Origin: an uncultured virus (IMG/VR IMGVR_UViG_3300007346_007557)
Taxonomy: Duplodnaviria; Heunggongvirae; Uroviricota; Caudoviricetes
IMG/VR virus record: IMGVR_UViG_3300007346_007557
Direction: 5' to 3' (one strand)
Length of the DNA stretch: 64,000 nucleotides
Of the stretch, positions 1-9,297 are shown in pieces. Made by a program: the position numbers and the translations under genes. Numbering within the stretch: position 1 is the first letter of the stretch; each line of letters opens with the position of its first letter. The notes beneath the pieces were generated by a model, which saw only the letters and a program-made list of their open reading frames with translations, had not been told where the DNA came from and searched no databases.

Positions 1-127
1 TAACATTAGCAGGAATATTATTTTTATATGTTTCATTAGGCATTGCCAACTCGTCTCTAGTTAAACAAGACAGAGTAAAAATAGTGTTGTAACTTGCAAA
101 ATAATTTAAAATATTTTCTTTTACCAT
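1..127 (-). CDS. N-terminal part of a gene running off the window edge (MVKENILNYFASYNTIFTLSCLTRDEL...), probably a baseplate/tail hub protein
   Basis: Not in ORF track; ATG at 125-127 overlaps the TAA of the upstream gp53-like gene (TAATG coupling); frame open to position 1; product inferred from synteny only. Confidence 0.6.
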   Translation of the reverse strand, partial: MVKENILNYFASYNTIFTLSCLTRDELAMPNETYKNNIPANV

Positions 128-429
128 TACAATCCTAGTTCTTGCGCCAAAGATGACGACTTAGGCAAATAAATTTCTACGCCAGGAATCATATCAAATA
201 CCGGATCTTTTAAAATATCCATGTTTCTTTGTGCAAATACCCACCATAGTTTACTTGTCCCATATAAATCAAATGCTAACAGGTCTGGCCTATGGGTATA
301 TTGCGCTTCTATTTTATACAGATAATCGTCGTCTTCTGCAGGAATAGGTCTGATTGTTAAAATATCTAGTTCACCTGACGTTGATATTGTAGTTTTTGAC
401 CAAGGACTGGTTTTTGTATAACTTGCCAT
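127..429 (-). CDS. gp53: Baseplate wedge protein, T4 gp53-like (LysM-related)
   Basis: RPDLLAFDLYG...LWWVFAQRN motif typical of gp53-like proteins; baseplate context. Confidence 0.7.
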   Translation of the reverse strand: MASYTKTSPWSKTTISTSGELDILTIRPIPAEDDDYLYKIEAQYTHRPDLLAFDLYGTSKLWWVFAQRNMDILKDPVFDMIPGVEIYLPKSSSLAQELGL

Positions 430-1208
430 TAGATGTATCCTTCATCAGATAATTGTCCAGCAACAAATTTATCAAAACTAAATTGTTCAACTTTTGATCT
501 GCTGTATGTTGGTTTGAGAGTAAAGTTTAAGATACTACTTGTTGGTACATATTGAGTTTTACCTGCAAAATCTCCTGGTAAAGGTGCAACATTAGTTTCA
601 ATATAATCTACATTATTTGGAAGTTCTATTGTAAAACTAGTGCAAACCACAGGTACATTGTTCAATACATAATCTCCATACCCATTCAATTTACATAATG
701 GAGGCGGACTGCCTTTATTACTTGTTTCACCATATGCCATTTTAGTAATACTTCTACCAAAATGACAAACTGCAAGCCAATATGCTGCATCTTGAGGTGT
801 TTGCACAGGAAATTCACCTGCAACATTTATGTCTTCTGTTCTGCTGTGTTGATACACAGGAAAAGGATAATTATTATGTATAGGAGCCATTTCACCATAC
901 GCAGCCGATGTCACTAATGATATTTGAGGAACTAAAGGAAAAACAACTTGATAATCAGTTGCTGCTAATGGACGCAAAATTTCACTACTTCTAAAGGTGC
1001 TTAGGTAAGGAACACTAATTTTGACTCGCCAATCTGAACTTAATTTATCAGTATTAGCAAATCTTGCTGTAGAAGCATTTACAGAATCGTTTTCTGCACC
1101 TGCAGGACCTGTCCATCTTCTCGATCTACCGTAATCGTTGTAGTTACCTACACTTAGTTTTTGATTATTTTGATCAAATCTTTGTTGTTCTGGATTTCTA
1201 GTAACCAT
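429..1208 (-). CDS. Baseplate/tail-tube initiator-like protein (gp48/gp54-type tube fold)
   Basis: GSPPPLCKLNGYG...NVPVVCTSFTIELP motif of tube-initiator proteins; next to gp53-like gene; late-promoter TAAATA at 1227-1232 (-). Confidence 0.55.
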   Translation of the reverse strand: MVTRNPEQQRFDQNNQKLSVGNYNDYGRSRRWTGPAGAENDSVNASTARFANTDKLSSDWRVKISVPYLSTFRSSEILRPLAATDYQVVFPLVPQISLVTSAAYGEMAPIHNNYPFPVYQHSRTEDINVAGEFPVQTPQDAAYWLAVCHFGRSITKMAYGETSNKGSPPPLCKLNGYGDYVLNNVPVVCTSFTIELPNNVDYIETNVAPLPGDFAGKTQYVPTSSILNFTLKPTYSRSKVEQFSFDKFVAGQLSDEGYI

Positions 1209-1233
1209 GATATCACTCCTATATAGTATTTAG

Positions 1234-1262
1234 TTGACAAAATTATCTACGTATATTATAAT
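1234..1262 (+). promoter_or_regulatory. Consensus sigma70 (early/middle) promoter for the late sigma factor gene
   Basis: TTGACA (1234-1239), 17 bp, TATAAT (1257-1262). Confidence 0.85.
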
Positions 1263-1283
1263 ATTAAAAAGGACTATTTTTTT

Positions 1284-2111
1284 ATGAGAAAAGTTAATTA
1301 TCTTAACAATAAAGACATGCTTGCTGAAATACACAAATCGAAAAGCACGTTTTGTAGTTTTGTAGCACCTGAATATGCTACATACGACATAATTTTACCA
1401 GAAGTAGATAAGATTAATATCAGAACTATAGCAGAAGCAAAGCGTAATAAAGCAAAAAAACAAAGTCAAGCAGCATACGAAGAAGCTAAATCAGCTGGTA
1501 GAAAAGTCAAAATGGCTGATTTTGAAGTAGACTACAGAACAATTGAAAAAAACGAATTAATTTTTAGAATTATGACATTTGAACACGTTCCAGACGAGCC
1601 AGGACGTAAAAAGAATCCGAAATCAGTTGCAGACACTAAAACAAAACTAAACTTTCCGCCTTTTCAGCATTATAAATTTGACGAAGACGATAATTTAATA
1701 TGTGTAGGTAAAAGCCACTGGCAAGGTGGTATGCAAAACGGACATTTTTCAAAAGATCACGGTAAAGCTACAGATAAACTAGCAAGAATGTGGATGAAAT
1801 TATGTGATCGTTATGCAACACGTGGTAATGTACGTGGATACACATATAATGACGAAATGAAAGGACAGGCAATCCTTCAGCTGGCACAAATAGGACTACA
1901 ATTTGATGAATCTAAATCCAATAATCCCTTTGCTTATTATACCGCTGCTGTTACTAATAGCTTTGTGCGTGTTATTAATATAGAAAAACGAAATCAAAAC
2001 ATTAGAGATGACATTTTAGAAATGAATAATATGGATCCTTCATATACAAGGCAAGCTGCCGGAGAATACGAAGCTTCAAAAGCAAGATTTGAGTCTAATG
2101 GCAAAAAATAA
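1284..2111 (+). CDS. gp55: Late-transcription sigma factor, T4 gp55-like
   Basis: YLNNKDML N-terminus and GYTYNDEM...FDESKSNNPFAYYT motif; canonical position upstream of gp47/gp46. Confidence 0.85.
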   Translation: MRKVNYLNNKDMLAEIHKSKSTFCSFVAPEYATYDIILPEVDKINIRTIAEAKRNKAKKQSQAAYEEAKSAGRKVKMADFEVDYRTIEKNELIFRIMTFEHVPDEPGRKKNPKSVADTKTKLNFPPFQHYKFDEDDNLICVGKSHWQGGMQNGHFSKDHGKATDKLARMWMKLCDRYATRGNVRGYTYNDEMKGQAILQLAQIGLQFDESKSNNPFAYYTAAVTNSFVRVINIEKRNQNIRDDILEMNNMDPSYTRQAAGEYEASKARFESNGKK

Positions 2112-2115
2112 CAGG

Positions 2116-2144
2116 TTGATTTCTTAGTATTTTCCTATTATACT
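2116..2144 (+). promoter_or_regulatory. sigma70-like promoter for gp47/gp46 operon
   Basis: TTGATT, 17 bp, TATACT. Confidence 0.6.
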
Positions 2145-2164
2145 AAAAAAAACGGAGTATCCTA

Positions 2165-3178
2165 TTGTTTAAAAAAGCAGCAGTATTTACTGACATACAT
2201 TTAGGTATGAAAGGTAATAGTCGTGTCCATAATCAGGACTGCGAAAGTTATATTGATTGGTATATTGAAACAGCAAAAGCAAATAATTGCGAAACAGGCA
2301 TCTTTTGCGGTGACTGGCATCACAATAGAAATAGTCTCAACCTCACAACCATGGATACAACCATTAGATTGTTAGAGAAACTAGGCGAATCGTTTGATAA
2401 GTTCTATATGTTTGCTGGTAATCACGACTTGTATTACAAAGACAAGCGTGATGTAAAGTCAACTGAGTTTGCAAAACACATACCAGGCATTACTATGGTA
2501 GATGAAATGCAAGTTATTGATGATGTTGCACTAGTTCCGTGGTTAGTAGGCGATGAATGGCGTAGAATCGAGAAATTACAAGCCAAATACCTGTTTGGAC
2601 ACTTCGAACTACCATCGTTTTATATGAATGCTATGGTACAAATGCCAGATCACGGTGAACTAAAGTCGGAACACTTCAAGAATCAAGAGTATGTGTTCAG
2701 TGGCCACTTCCACAAGCGTCAGAAGCAGGGTAAGATCCACTATATCGGTAATGCTTTCCCGCACAACTATGCAGATGCTTGGGATGATGACCGTGGTATG
2801 ATGATATTGGACCGCGAGAACGATGCGGAACCCGAATATGTTAACTGGCCAGAGTGTCCCAAGTACCGTACCGTTAAGTTATCACAACTAATTGACGAAA
2901 AAGATACATTAATCAAACCAAATATGTACTTGAGAGTTACACTTGATATTGATATTAGCTTTGAAGAAGCAACATATATCAAAGAAACATTCATTGACAC
3001 ATATAATTGTAGAGAGATTACACTGATTCCTCAAAAACACATTGAGGAAATTAACACAGACTTGGATATTGAACAATTTGAAAGTGTAGATCAAATTGTT
3101 AGTAACGAGATCCAAGCAATTGACAGCGAACAATTTAATAAGAAATTGTTATTAGACATATACAACGAGCTAGTATGA
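2165..3178 (+). CDS. gp47: Recombination endonuclease subunit (Mre11/SbcD-like metallophosphoesterase)
   Basis: DIHLG, GDWHH, GNHD, GHF, SGHFH phosphoesterase motifs. Confidence 0.92.
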   Translation: MFKKAAVFTDIHLGMKGNSRVHNQDCESYIDWYIETAKANNCETGIFCGDWHHNRNSLNLTTMDTTIRLLEKLGESFDKFYMFAGNHDLYYKDKRDVKSTEFAKHIPGITMVDEMQVIDDVALVPWLVGDEWRRIEKLQAKYLFGHFELPSFYMNAMVQMPDHGELKSEHFKNQEYVFSGHFHKRQKQGKIHYIGNAFPHNYADAWDDDRGMMILDRENDAEPEYVNWPECPKYRTVKLSQLIDEKDTLIKPNMYLRVTLDIDISFEEATYIKETFIDTYNCREITLIPQKHIEEINTDLDIEQFESVDQIVSNEIQAIDSEQFNKKLLLDIYNELV

Positions 3179-4950
3179 TTAAAATTAAAGACTTAACCGT
3201 AAAAAACTTTATGAGTGTGGGTAATGTCACCCAAGCAGTTGACTTTAATAAAGAACAACTTACTTTGGTACTTGGTGAAAACTTAGACCAAGGCGGAGAC
3301 GATACAGGATCACGTAATGGTACTGGTAAAACTACTATTATTAATGCATTATCATATGCATTGTACGGTACAGCATTAACAAACATTAAACGCAATAACT
3401 TAATCAATAAAACTAACAGCAAAGGCATGCTGGTTACCCTTAATTTTGACAAAGGTGGTAACAGCTATCGTATCGAACGCGGTAGATCTCCAAATGTTCT
3501 TAAGTTTTATATTAACGAACACGAACAAGAAGATTTAACAGACGAATCACAAGGCGATAGTCGTAAAACACAAGAAAGTATTAATAATTTATTAGATATG
3601 AGTCACGATATGTTTAAACATGTGGTTGCACTCAACACATACACAGAGCCTTTTCTTAGTATGAGAGCAAATGACCAACGTGCTATCATTGAACAGCTAC
3701 TTGGTATTACTATTCTTACCGAAAAAGCAGATTTGTTAAAAGAAAAAGTTAAACAAACTAAAGATTTTATCACAGAAGAAACTCTAAAGATCAATGCTAT
3801 AGAAGCAAGCAACAAGAAAATTGAATCTAGCATTGAAACACTTGTAGGTAGACAACGTGCTTGGGAATCAAAACGCAGAGACGATGTTAAAAAACTTGAA
3901 ACTGCTATTGAAGAATTAGAAAAACTAGATATTGATACAGAATTAGAAGCACACGACAAACTAACTAATTGGACAGAACTGAATAATCGCATAACTAGTT
4001 TGAATAAAGAAAAAGCAACACTAGAAGCAGCACTTATGAGAGCAACCAAAGGTGTTGACAAAGCAGAAAAGGATATTAAAGAACTTGACGATGCTATTTG
4101 TTACACTTGCGGTCAAACGCTTCATGCGGAAAAGAAAGCAGAAATTGAAACTACAAAACAAAAAGAATTAAGCGATGCACTTGCTTATCAAACAGAAGTT
4201 GCAGACAAATTAGAAGCAACTATGAACTTATTAACAGAAATTGGTGACATCAACGGACGTCCTAACACGTTTTATGAGAGTGCTAAAGAAGCATACGAGC
4301 ATAGAAACAACGTAGATAATTTACGCAATTCGCTGATAAGTAAACAGCAAGAAGAAGATCCATATCTAGCACAAATCGATGACTTAAAAACAACAGCACT
4401 ACAAGAAATCAATTGGCAACCTGTAAATAATCTTACTAACTTGCGTGAACATCAGGAGTTTCTGCTGAAACTTTTGACAAACAAAGACTCGTTCATTCGC
4501 AAAAAGATTATTGATCAGAACTTGGCGTACTTGAACAATAGGCTCACATACTATTTAGACAAACTAGGCTTACCACATCAAGTTGAATTCCAAAACGATT
4601 TGTCAGTTGAGATTACACAGCTAGGACAAGACTTGGACTTTGATAACTTGTCTCGAGGCGAACGCAACAGGCTAATATTAGGCATGAGCTGGGCATTCCG
4701 TGATGTTTGGGAATCGTTGTATCAAGGCATCAACTTGTTGTTCATCGACGAACTTATCGACTCAGGTATGGACACTGCTGGTGTTGAAAATGCGCTCGCT
4801 GTACTCAAAAAGATGGGTAGAGAGCGTAGCAAAAATGTTTTCCTTATCTCACACAAAGACGAACTTGTTGGTAGAGTCAATCATGTAATGAAAGTTATCA
4901 AAGAAAATGGCTTTACTTCATATGAAAACGATATCGATATTGTAGAATGA
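3175..4950 (+). CDS. gp46: Recombination ATPase subunit (Rad50/SbcC-like)
   Basis: Walker A NGTGKTT, coiled coil with CYTC zinc hook, LSRGE signature, LLFIDE Walker B, ISH. Confidence 0.93.
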   Translation: MIKIKDLTVKNFMSVGNVTQAVDFNKEQLTLVLGENLDQGGDDTGSRNGTGKTTIINALSYALYGTALTNIKRNNLINKTNSKGMLVTLNFDKGGNSYRIERGRSPNVLKFYINEHEQEDLTDESQGDSRKTQESINNLLDMSHDMFKHVVALNTYTEPFLSMRANDQRAIIEQLLGITILTEKADLLKEKVKQTKDFITEETLKINAIEASNKKIESSIETLVGRQRAWESKRRDDVKKLETAIEELEKLDIDTELEAHDKLTNWTELNNRITSLNKEKATLEAALMRATKGVDKAEKDIKELDDAICYTCGQTLHAEKKAEIETTKQKELSDALAYQTEVADKLEATMNLLTEIGDINGRPNTFYESAKEAYEHRNNVDNLRNSLISKQQEEDPYLAQIDDLKTTALQEINWQPVNNLTNLREHQEFLLKLLTNKDSFIRKKIIDQNLAYLNNRLTYYLDKLGLPHQVEFQNDLSVEITQLGQDLDFDNLSRGERNRLILGMSWAFRDVWESLYQGINLLFIDELIDSGMDTAGVENALAVLKKMGRERSKNVFLISHKDELVGRVNHVMKVIKENGFTSYENDIDIVE

Positions 4951-5204
4951 CAGACGACACGCATGATAAATTAATGCAAAAGGTACTAGACTACTTGGCT
5001 GCCAGCGAAGACTTTGAACGTTTACCAAGTGAACGCAGTAAAAGACGCATACGCAGAGAACTACGTGAACTAGTTACTTTGTGTAGACAACGAGCTGAAG
5101 AAGCTAAACAGAGATACAAAGAGGAGTTAGCCGAAATACGTGCCAGTGGCAAGTGGGCTGTCAATATTGGCAAGGCTAATCACGAAAGGAAAAAGAAAAA
5201 ATGA
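4947..5204 (+). CDS. Small basic helical hypothetical protein
   Basis: ATGA overlaps with both neighbours. Confidence 0.6.
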   Translation: MTDDTHDKLMQKVLDYLAASEDFERLPSERSKRRIRRELRELVTLCRQRAEEAKQRYKEELAEIRASGKWAVNIGKANHERKKKK

Positions 5205-6844
5205 AAATAACCGTTGTAGGAAGTGGAACAGCAGGCAGTTTAACAAGTGCCTTCTTAGCAAAAGAATTTCCAAATGCAACGGTTGAAATGATACATAGCG
5301 AGAAAGTTGGTATCATTGGGGTTGGTGAAAGTATTACTCCACACTTACCAGGACTACTAGGCGGGCTGGGTGTAGACGAAAAACGTTTTATGAGAGAAAC
5401 TGATGCTGTATTCAAATACGGCAACAATATGGAAGATTGGACAGATACAGCAGACGGTCCTGATGTATTGCGTATGTTTTACTGGAGCAACGGTTTAGAC
5501 AAAGACTTTACTTGGGAAAATGTTACAAGTACATTTCCAAATGAAATCAAAACAACCGACGTATGGTTAGATGTTTTTAAAAATCGCAGCGCACCTGACT
5601 TGGATGTATATCATCACAACGCTGAAGGTTATCAATACTGCAAAAATTTAAAAATGCCTTTTGATGACAATGGTAACTACTTGTTGCCTGCAACAGCAAC
5701 ATATGCATATCATATTGATGCAGAAAAAACTTCACCGTGGATTAGAGAAAATGTTTGTAAAGCATATGGTGTTGTTGAAACTATAGCACATGTTGAAAAA
5801 GTAAACACCAGTGCCGAAGGTATTACCAGTGTGGTACTAGACAATGGACGTGAAGTAACCAGTGACATTTGGGTTGACTGCACAGGGTTGTCAAGAGTTT
5901 TAATTGGAAAATTAACCACCGAGTTCCATACCTATACTGCAAACAAAGTTAATAGTGCCTGGGTATGTCCTATCAAATACGAAGACAAAGAAACAGAACA
6001 AGTAAACTACACTAGAAGTATTAGACGTGACATGGGCTGGCAGTTTAGTATTGCACTTACTAATCGCATCGGTACAGGGCTTGTATACAGCGATGAATAT
6101 TTCAGTGATGATGAAGCACTTGAATATTGGCATAGCATTATCAAAGGCAGACAAATCCGTGAACCACGTAATTTAAAATGGAAGCCAGGTAGATTAAAAA
6201 CACCAAACGTTGGAAATACATTTGCTGTAGGCATGGCTGCAGGATTTATTGATCCTCTTGAAGCAAATGCAGTAGTAAGCAGTATTTCGTGTATGAAACG
6301 TATTGCTTGGATGTTGCAACGTGATTACGATAAAGATTATTATAATCGAAAAGTAACATATTACTTTGATGACATTGCAGATTTTACAGCAGTGCATTAC
6401 ACCTTGAGTAGACGTGGAGACAATCATTTCTGGCAAGACATGAGACGTATTGGACGTGAACTTGATCATAAAGGACTTGTAAAGAAAAAATATTACGAAC
6501 AAGCAAATTGCATGGATAGTGTTGTAGGATACGTTACAGCATTTCCAGATGTAAATTGGTTAGACATTGCTAACAACTGGGTGCAAGACTTAGATGATTG
6601 GCCAACAAAGTCAACACCTGAGCAACAAGAAGCGTACATAAAAAGAATACGTAATGACAAACTACTTCATGAAATTCAAGCATCAAATAATAAAAAATCG
6701 ATTGACAACTTCATGAAAATGTATAACAATGTACAAGAATACGACAAAGGCTTAAACAATTGGCCAACTGAATACTTTAGTAAGATGTTTGGCAGCGCAT
6801 ATATTCATAGGCACAACACAAATTCAAAAAAGGTAAAGGCTTAA
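5201..6844 (+). CDS. Flavin-dependent halogenase family protein (tryptophan halogenase PrnA-like)
   Basis: GSGTAG FAD motif, IGVGES, FKYG (catalytic-Lys position), AYHIDA, DCTG, FIDPLEA; WxWxIP motif altered to WQFSIA. Confidence 0.85.
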   Translation: MKITVVGSGTAGSLTSAFLAKEFPNATVEMIHSEKVGIIGVGESITPHLPGLLGGLGVDEKRFMRETDAVFKYGNNMEDWTDTADGPDVLRMFYWSNGLDKDFTWENVTSTFPNEIKTTDVWLDVFKNRSAPDLDVYHHNAEGYQYCKNLKMPFDDNGNYLLPATATYAYHIDAEKTSPWIRENVCKAYGVVETIAHVEKVNTSAEGITSVVLDNGREVTSDIWVDCTGLSRVLIGKLTTEFHTYTANKVNSAWVCPIKYEDKETEQVNYTRSIRRDMGWQFSIALTNRIGTGLVYSDEYFSDDEALEYWHSIIKGRQIREPRNLKWKPGRLKTPNVGNTFAVGMAAGFIDPLEANAVVSSISCMKRIAWMLQRDYDKDYYNRKVTYYFDDIADFTAVHYTLSRRGDNHFWQDMRRIGRELDHKGLVKKKYYEQANCMDSVVGYVTAFPDVNWLDIANNWVQDLDDWPTKSTPEQQEAYIKRIRNDKLLHEIQASNNKKSIDNFMKMYNNVQEYDKGLNNWPTEYFSKMFGSAYIHRHNTNSKKVKA

Positions 6845-6866
6845 ATTATCCAACGGTACATAATGT

Positions 6867-7292
6867 ATGAGTTGGACATACAAAGGTAAGAAAGTAGAAT
6901 CAATACCAGATGAATACGAAGGCTTTGTATATCTGATTACAAATAAAAAAACAAAACAAAAATACGTAGGCAAAAAACTAGCAAAGTTTAAAACAACCAA
7001 GCCACCACTAAAAGGCAAAAAGAACAAACGCCGAGGCTACAAAGAAAGCGATTGGCGTGAATACTGGGGAAGTTCAGATAGACTGAACGAAGATGTAAAA
7101 CAACTAGGCGAAAAAAATTTTACTCGTGAAATACTTTACTTTTGCAAAAGCAGAGCAGAAATGAGTTATATCGAAGCACGAGAACAATTTGACAGGCGAG
7201 TATTAGAAACAGACGAATACTACAACGGCATCATCAATGTAAGAGTTGGTGGTTCACAAAAACTACGCCAGGCACTACTAGAACACAAATAG
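6867..7292 (+). CDS. Small stand-alone GIY-YIG family endonuclease
   Basis: GFVYLITN...KYVGKK, YWGSS, REIL, E and YYN residues of the GIY-YIG fold; no obvious C-terminal DNA-binding repeats. Confidence 0.8.
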   Translation: MSWTYKGKKVESIPDEYEGFVYLITNKKTKQKYVGKKLAKFKTTKPPLKGKKNKRRGYKESDWREYWGSSDRLNEDVKQLGEKNFTREILYFCKSRAEMSYIEAREQFDRRVLETDEYYNGIINVRVGGSQKLRQALLEHK

Positions 7293-7319
7293 GCTATATA
7301 TTGAGCTCTAAATAAACTC

Positions 7320-7725
7320 CAAGATCCAGCCGAGATAATGCTCGTTGCCGGTGGTGTGGAATGCTCACGTGAAGAAGTATACGATAGGCTTTAAAGGATA
7401 GTGGCTCTGAGAAAAAGCAACCACGTGGTAAGTGTTTTCGCTTGTTAGGGAATAACTGCCTTCCGTTGATATGACGAAGCTAGAGTAGGAGGATACAGGT
7501 CAACCGCCTCCGACAATGTAAATTGAATCTCTTTTAACAAGATGGCTGAAGCGACTCGAATAATGCTCAAAAGCTACCTTCGCCCGGCAACGGGCGAATT
7601 ATGACTTCACAATCTGAATAATACTAAAAGCATATGCTTTGCATATGCCTTATTAATATTGTTATCAAGAACTGATAGTTCGTGTTGAGTGTAACGAAAA
7701 CACAGATGAACGTTAGTTCATCTTA
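7320..7725 (+). ncRNA. Candidate large structured non-coding RNA downstream of GIY-YIG gene (family not recognised)
   Basis: ~460 nt ORF-free gap, more GC-rich than flanks; late-promoter TAAATA 7309-7314; GNRA hairpins (7514-7525, 7579-7598), long-range complementarities. Confidence 0.6.
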
Positions 7726-7763
7726 TAATAACTAAATACATTATACAGCTGGAACACTTGTGG

Positions 7764-9080
7764 ATGAAATTAACTGAACTACTTGACGAAAAAGATAATG
7801 TATTAAATGAAAAGTTTGATCTAGAATCTATTATGAACAGAGGCTTGTTCACTCCTGGTGCAGGTGAACTATCTGGTGGCAAACATGTATTCTTTATGCC
7901 TGATGGAAGAAGTTACATTGAAATGCCTGATTCAAATACTGCAAAATCTTATCAAGCAGCAATGGAATCAATGCAGGCTAGAGGTGCAAGTGCTGATGCT
8001 ATTCAACGTGCATTAACATCTGGTAATTATCCTGAAGGTGTTAGAGTAAATGCTACTGCAAGTAATCCAATAACTACAAACGGTGACATAAAAGCGCCTA
8101 CTAGATTTCAAAGAGGAAATCTAAAAGTTGACATAAAAGAAACTATTGCTAGAAAAAGTAAACCTGGAAGACTTCTAGCTACGCTTCAAAATCAAAGATG
8201 GTTTAGACTGCTTGGTAGAGTTGCAATAGCAGCAGGACTAGTATTTGCTTCTTTTTATGGTGTATTAAATGCAATCGAAGATGTTGAACAAGATATTGAC
8301 AACGGAACTATAGATCAAGATGAAGGTGCTGAAATTGTAAATGTTCTTAAAGCACAACTTGCTTTGTGTTTAATCATGTCTTTAATGGTTATCTTTAGGA
8401 ATGGTGCTTTACTTGGTAAACTAATATCATACATTAGACCTATTATTAGATTAATTGCAGCTGGTGCAACGGTAAGTGTTGTAGGTACCATACCGGGTAT
8501 CATTGCGCTGTTAGCAAATGAAGTTGCTTGGGGTTTAGTTATCTATGCACTAAGTTCACCTACCGTACAACGATCTGTTGCCGAATTCATTGCTGGCTCA
8601 TTATTAGGACCTGTTATAGCAGAAGCTGGAAAATATGCAGGTACAGCAATGCAGTTCTTAAACCAAGCTAGTGAAGAAATGCTTGGTGTTAGCATTAGAG
8701 ACGGTGACTTGTTTGGTTTCGATCAAACTGAAAGAGGTGGTAGAGAAGGAGAATACTATGCAAGTGCTGAATGGGCAAAGCTATTATTCCAAGACATGTT
8801 ATTTCCTCCAGCACAGAAATCAATGTTAGTTCCTTATATTACACCTGCAAGACGTGAAGGACTATTAGAAGAAGCGTTTGGATTAACCAATCCTACACAA
8901 AACCAACCACAAAACCAACAACCGCCAACAACTCAACCTGATGCAACAGATCCTGATGCAACAAGTTCTAATTCAGATGCAGTATCAAGGAAAGCAGATA
9001 TTGAACGCAGTTTACAAAATACAGACTATTATAATAATCCTAGTTACACAAGGGCACAACCTGTTAGTGGACCACGTTAA
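7764..9080 (+). CDS. Hypothetical protein with several hydrophobic (membrane-like) segments; possible ejected/internal virion protein
   Basis: ORF track 7758..9080, ATG at 7764; late promoter TAAATA 7733-7738; hydrophobic runs such as VAIAAGLVFASFYGVL and LALCLIMSLMVIF. Confidence 0.65.
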   Translation: MKLTELLDEKDNVLNEKFDLESIMNRGLFTPGAGELSGGKHVFFMPDGRSYIEMPDSNTAKSYQAAMESMQARGASADAIQRALTSGNYPEGVRVNATASNPITTNGDIKAPTRFQRGNLKVDIKETIARKSKPGRLLATLQNQRWFRLLGRVAIAAGLVFASFYGVLNAIEDVEQDIDNGTIDQDEGAEIVNVLKAQLALCLIMSLMVIFRNGALLGKLISYIRPIIRLIAAGATVSVVGTIPGIIALLANEVAWGLVIYALSSPTVQRSVAEFIAGSLLGPVIAEAGKYAGTAMQFLNQASEEMLGVSIRDGDLFGFDQTERGGREGEYYASAEWAKLLFQDMLFPPAQKSMLVPYITPARREGLLEEAFGLTNPTQNQPQNQQPPTTQPDATDPDATSSNSDAVSRKADIERSLQNTDYYNNPSYTRAQPVSGPR

Positions 9081-9256
9081 AGCAGCGGCATACGAGAATT
9101 TTTTGTATTTTCAATATTATCTTTAATAATTCTACTCATAATTTCTTGATCTTCAATATCAGTATTATATAGCAGGTCGTTATATTGTACGCTGCCTCTC
9201 ATGTACCAGCATATTCTATATGCGCTATCCTTGATTGTTTTTATTTCATTTTCCAT
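9077..9256 (-). CDS. gp51-like baseplate hub assembly protein (59 aa; MENEIKTIKDSAYRICWYMRGSVQYNDLL...)
   Basis: Translated by hand (below the ORF-track cutoff); directly follows the gp26-like gene as gp51 does in T4-like phages. Confidence 0.65.
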   Translation of the reverse strand: MENEIKTIKDSAYRICWYMRGSVQYNDLLYNTDIEDQEIMSRIIKDNIENTKNSRMPLL

Positions 9257-9297
9257 TTCTTTGGCTAACGATAGGATAGCATCGTTATTTAAAGTCG

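Noticed and set aside
6867..7757. GIY-YIG plus structured RNA as a group I intron with homing endonuclease
   Set aside because: No interrupted host gene is evident (the flanking ORFs look complete and unrelated) and I could not identify convincing P7/J8-7 core motifs; not excluded without an Infernal search
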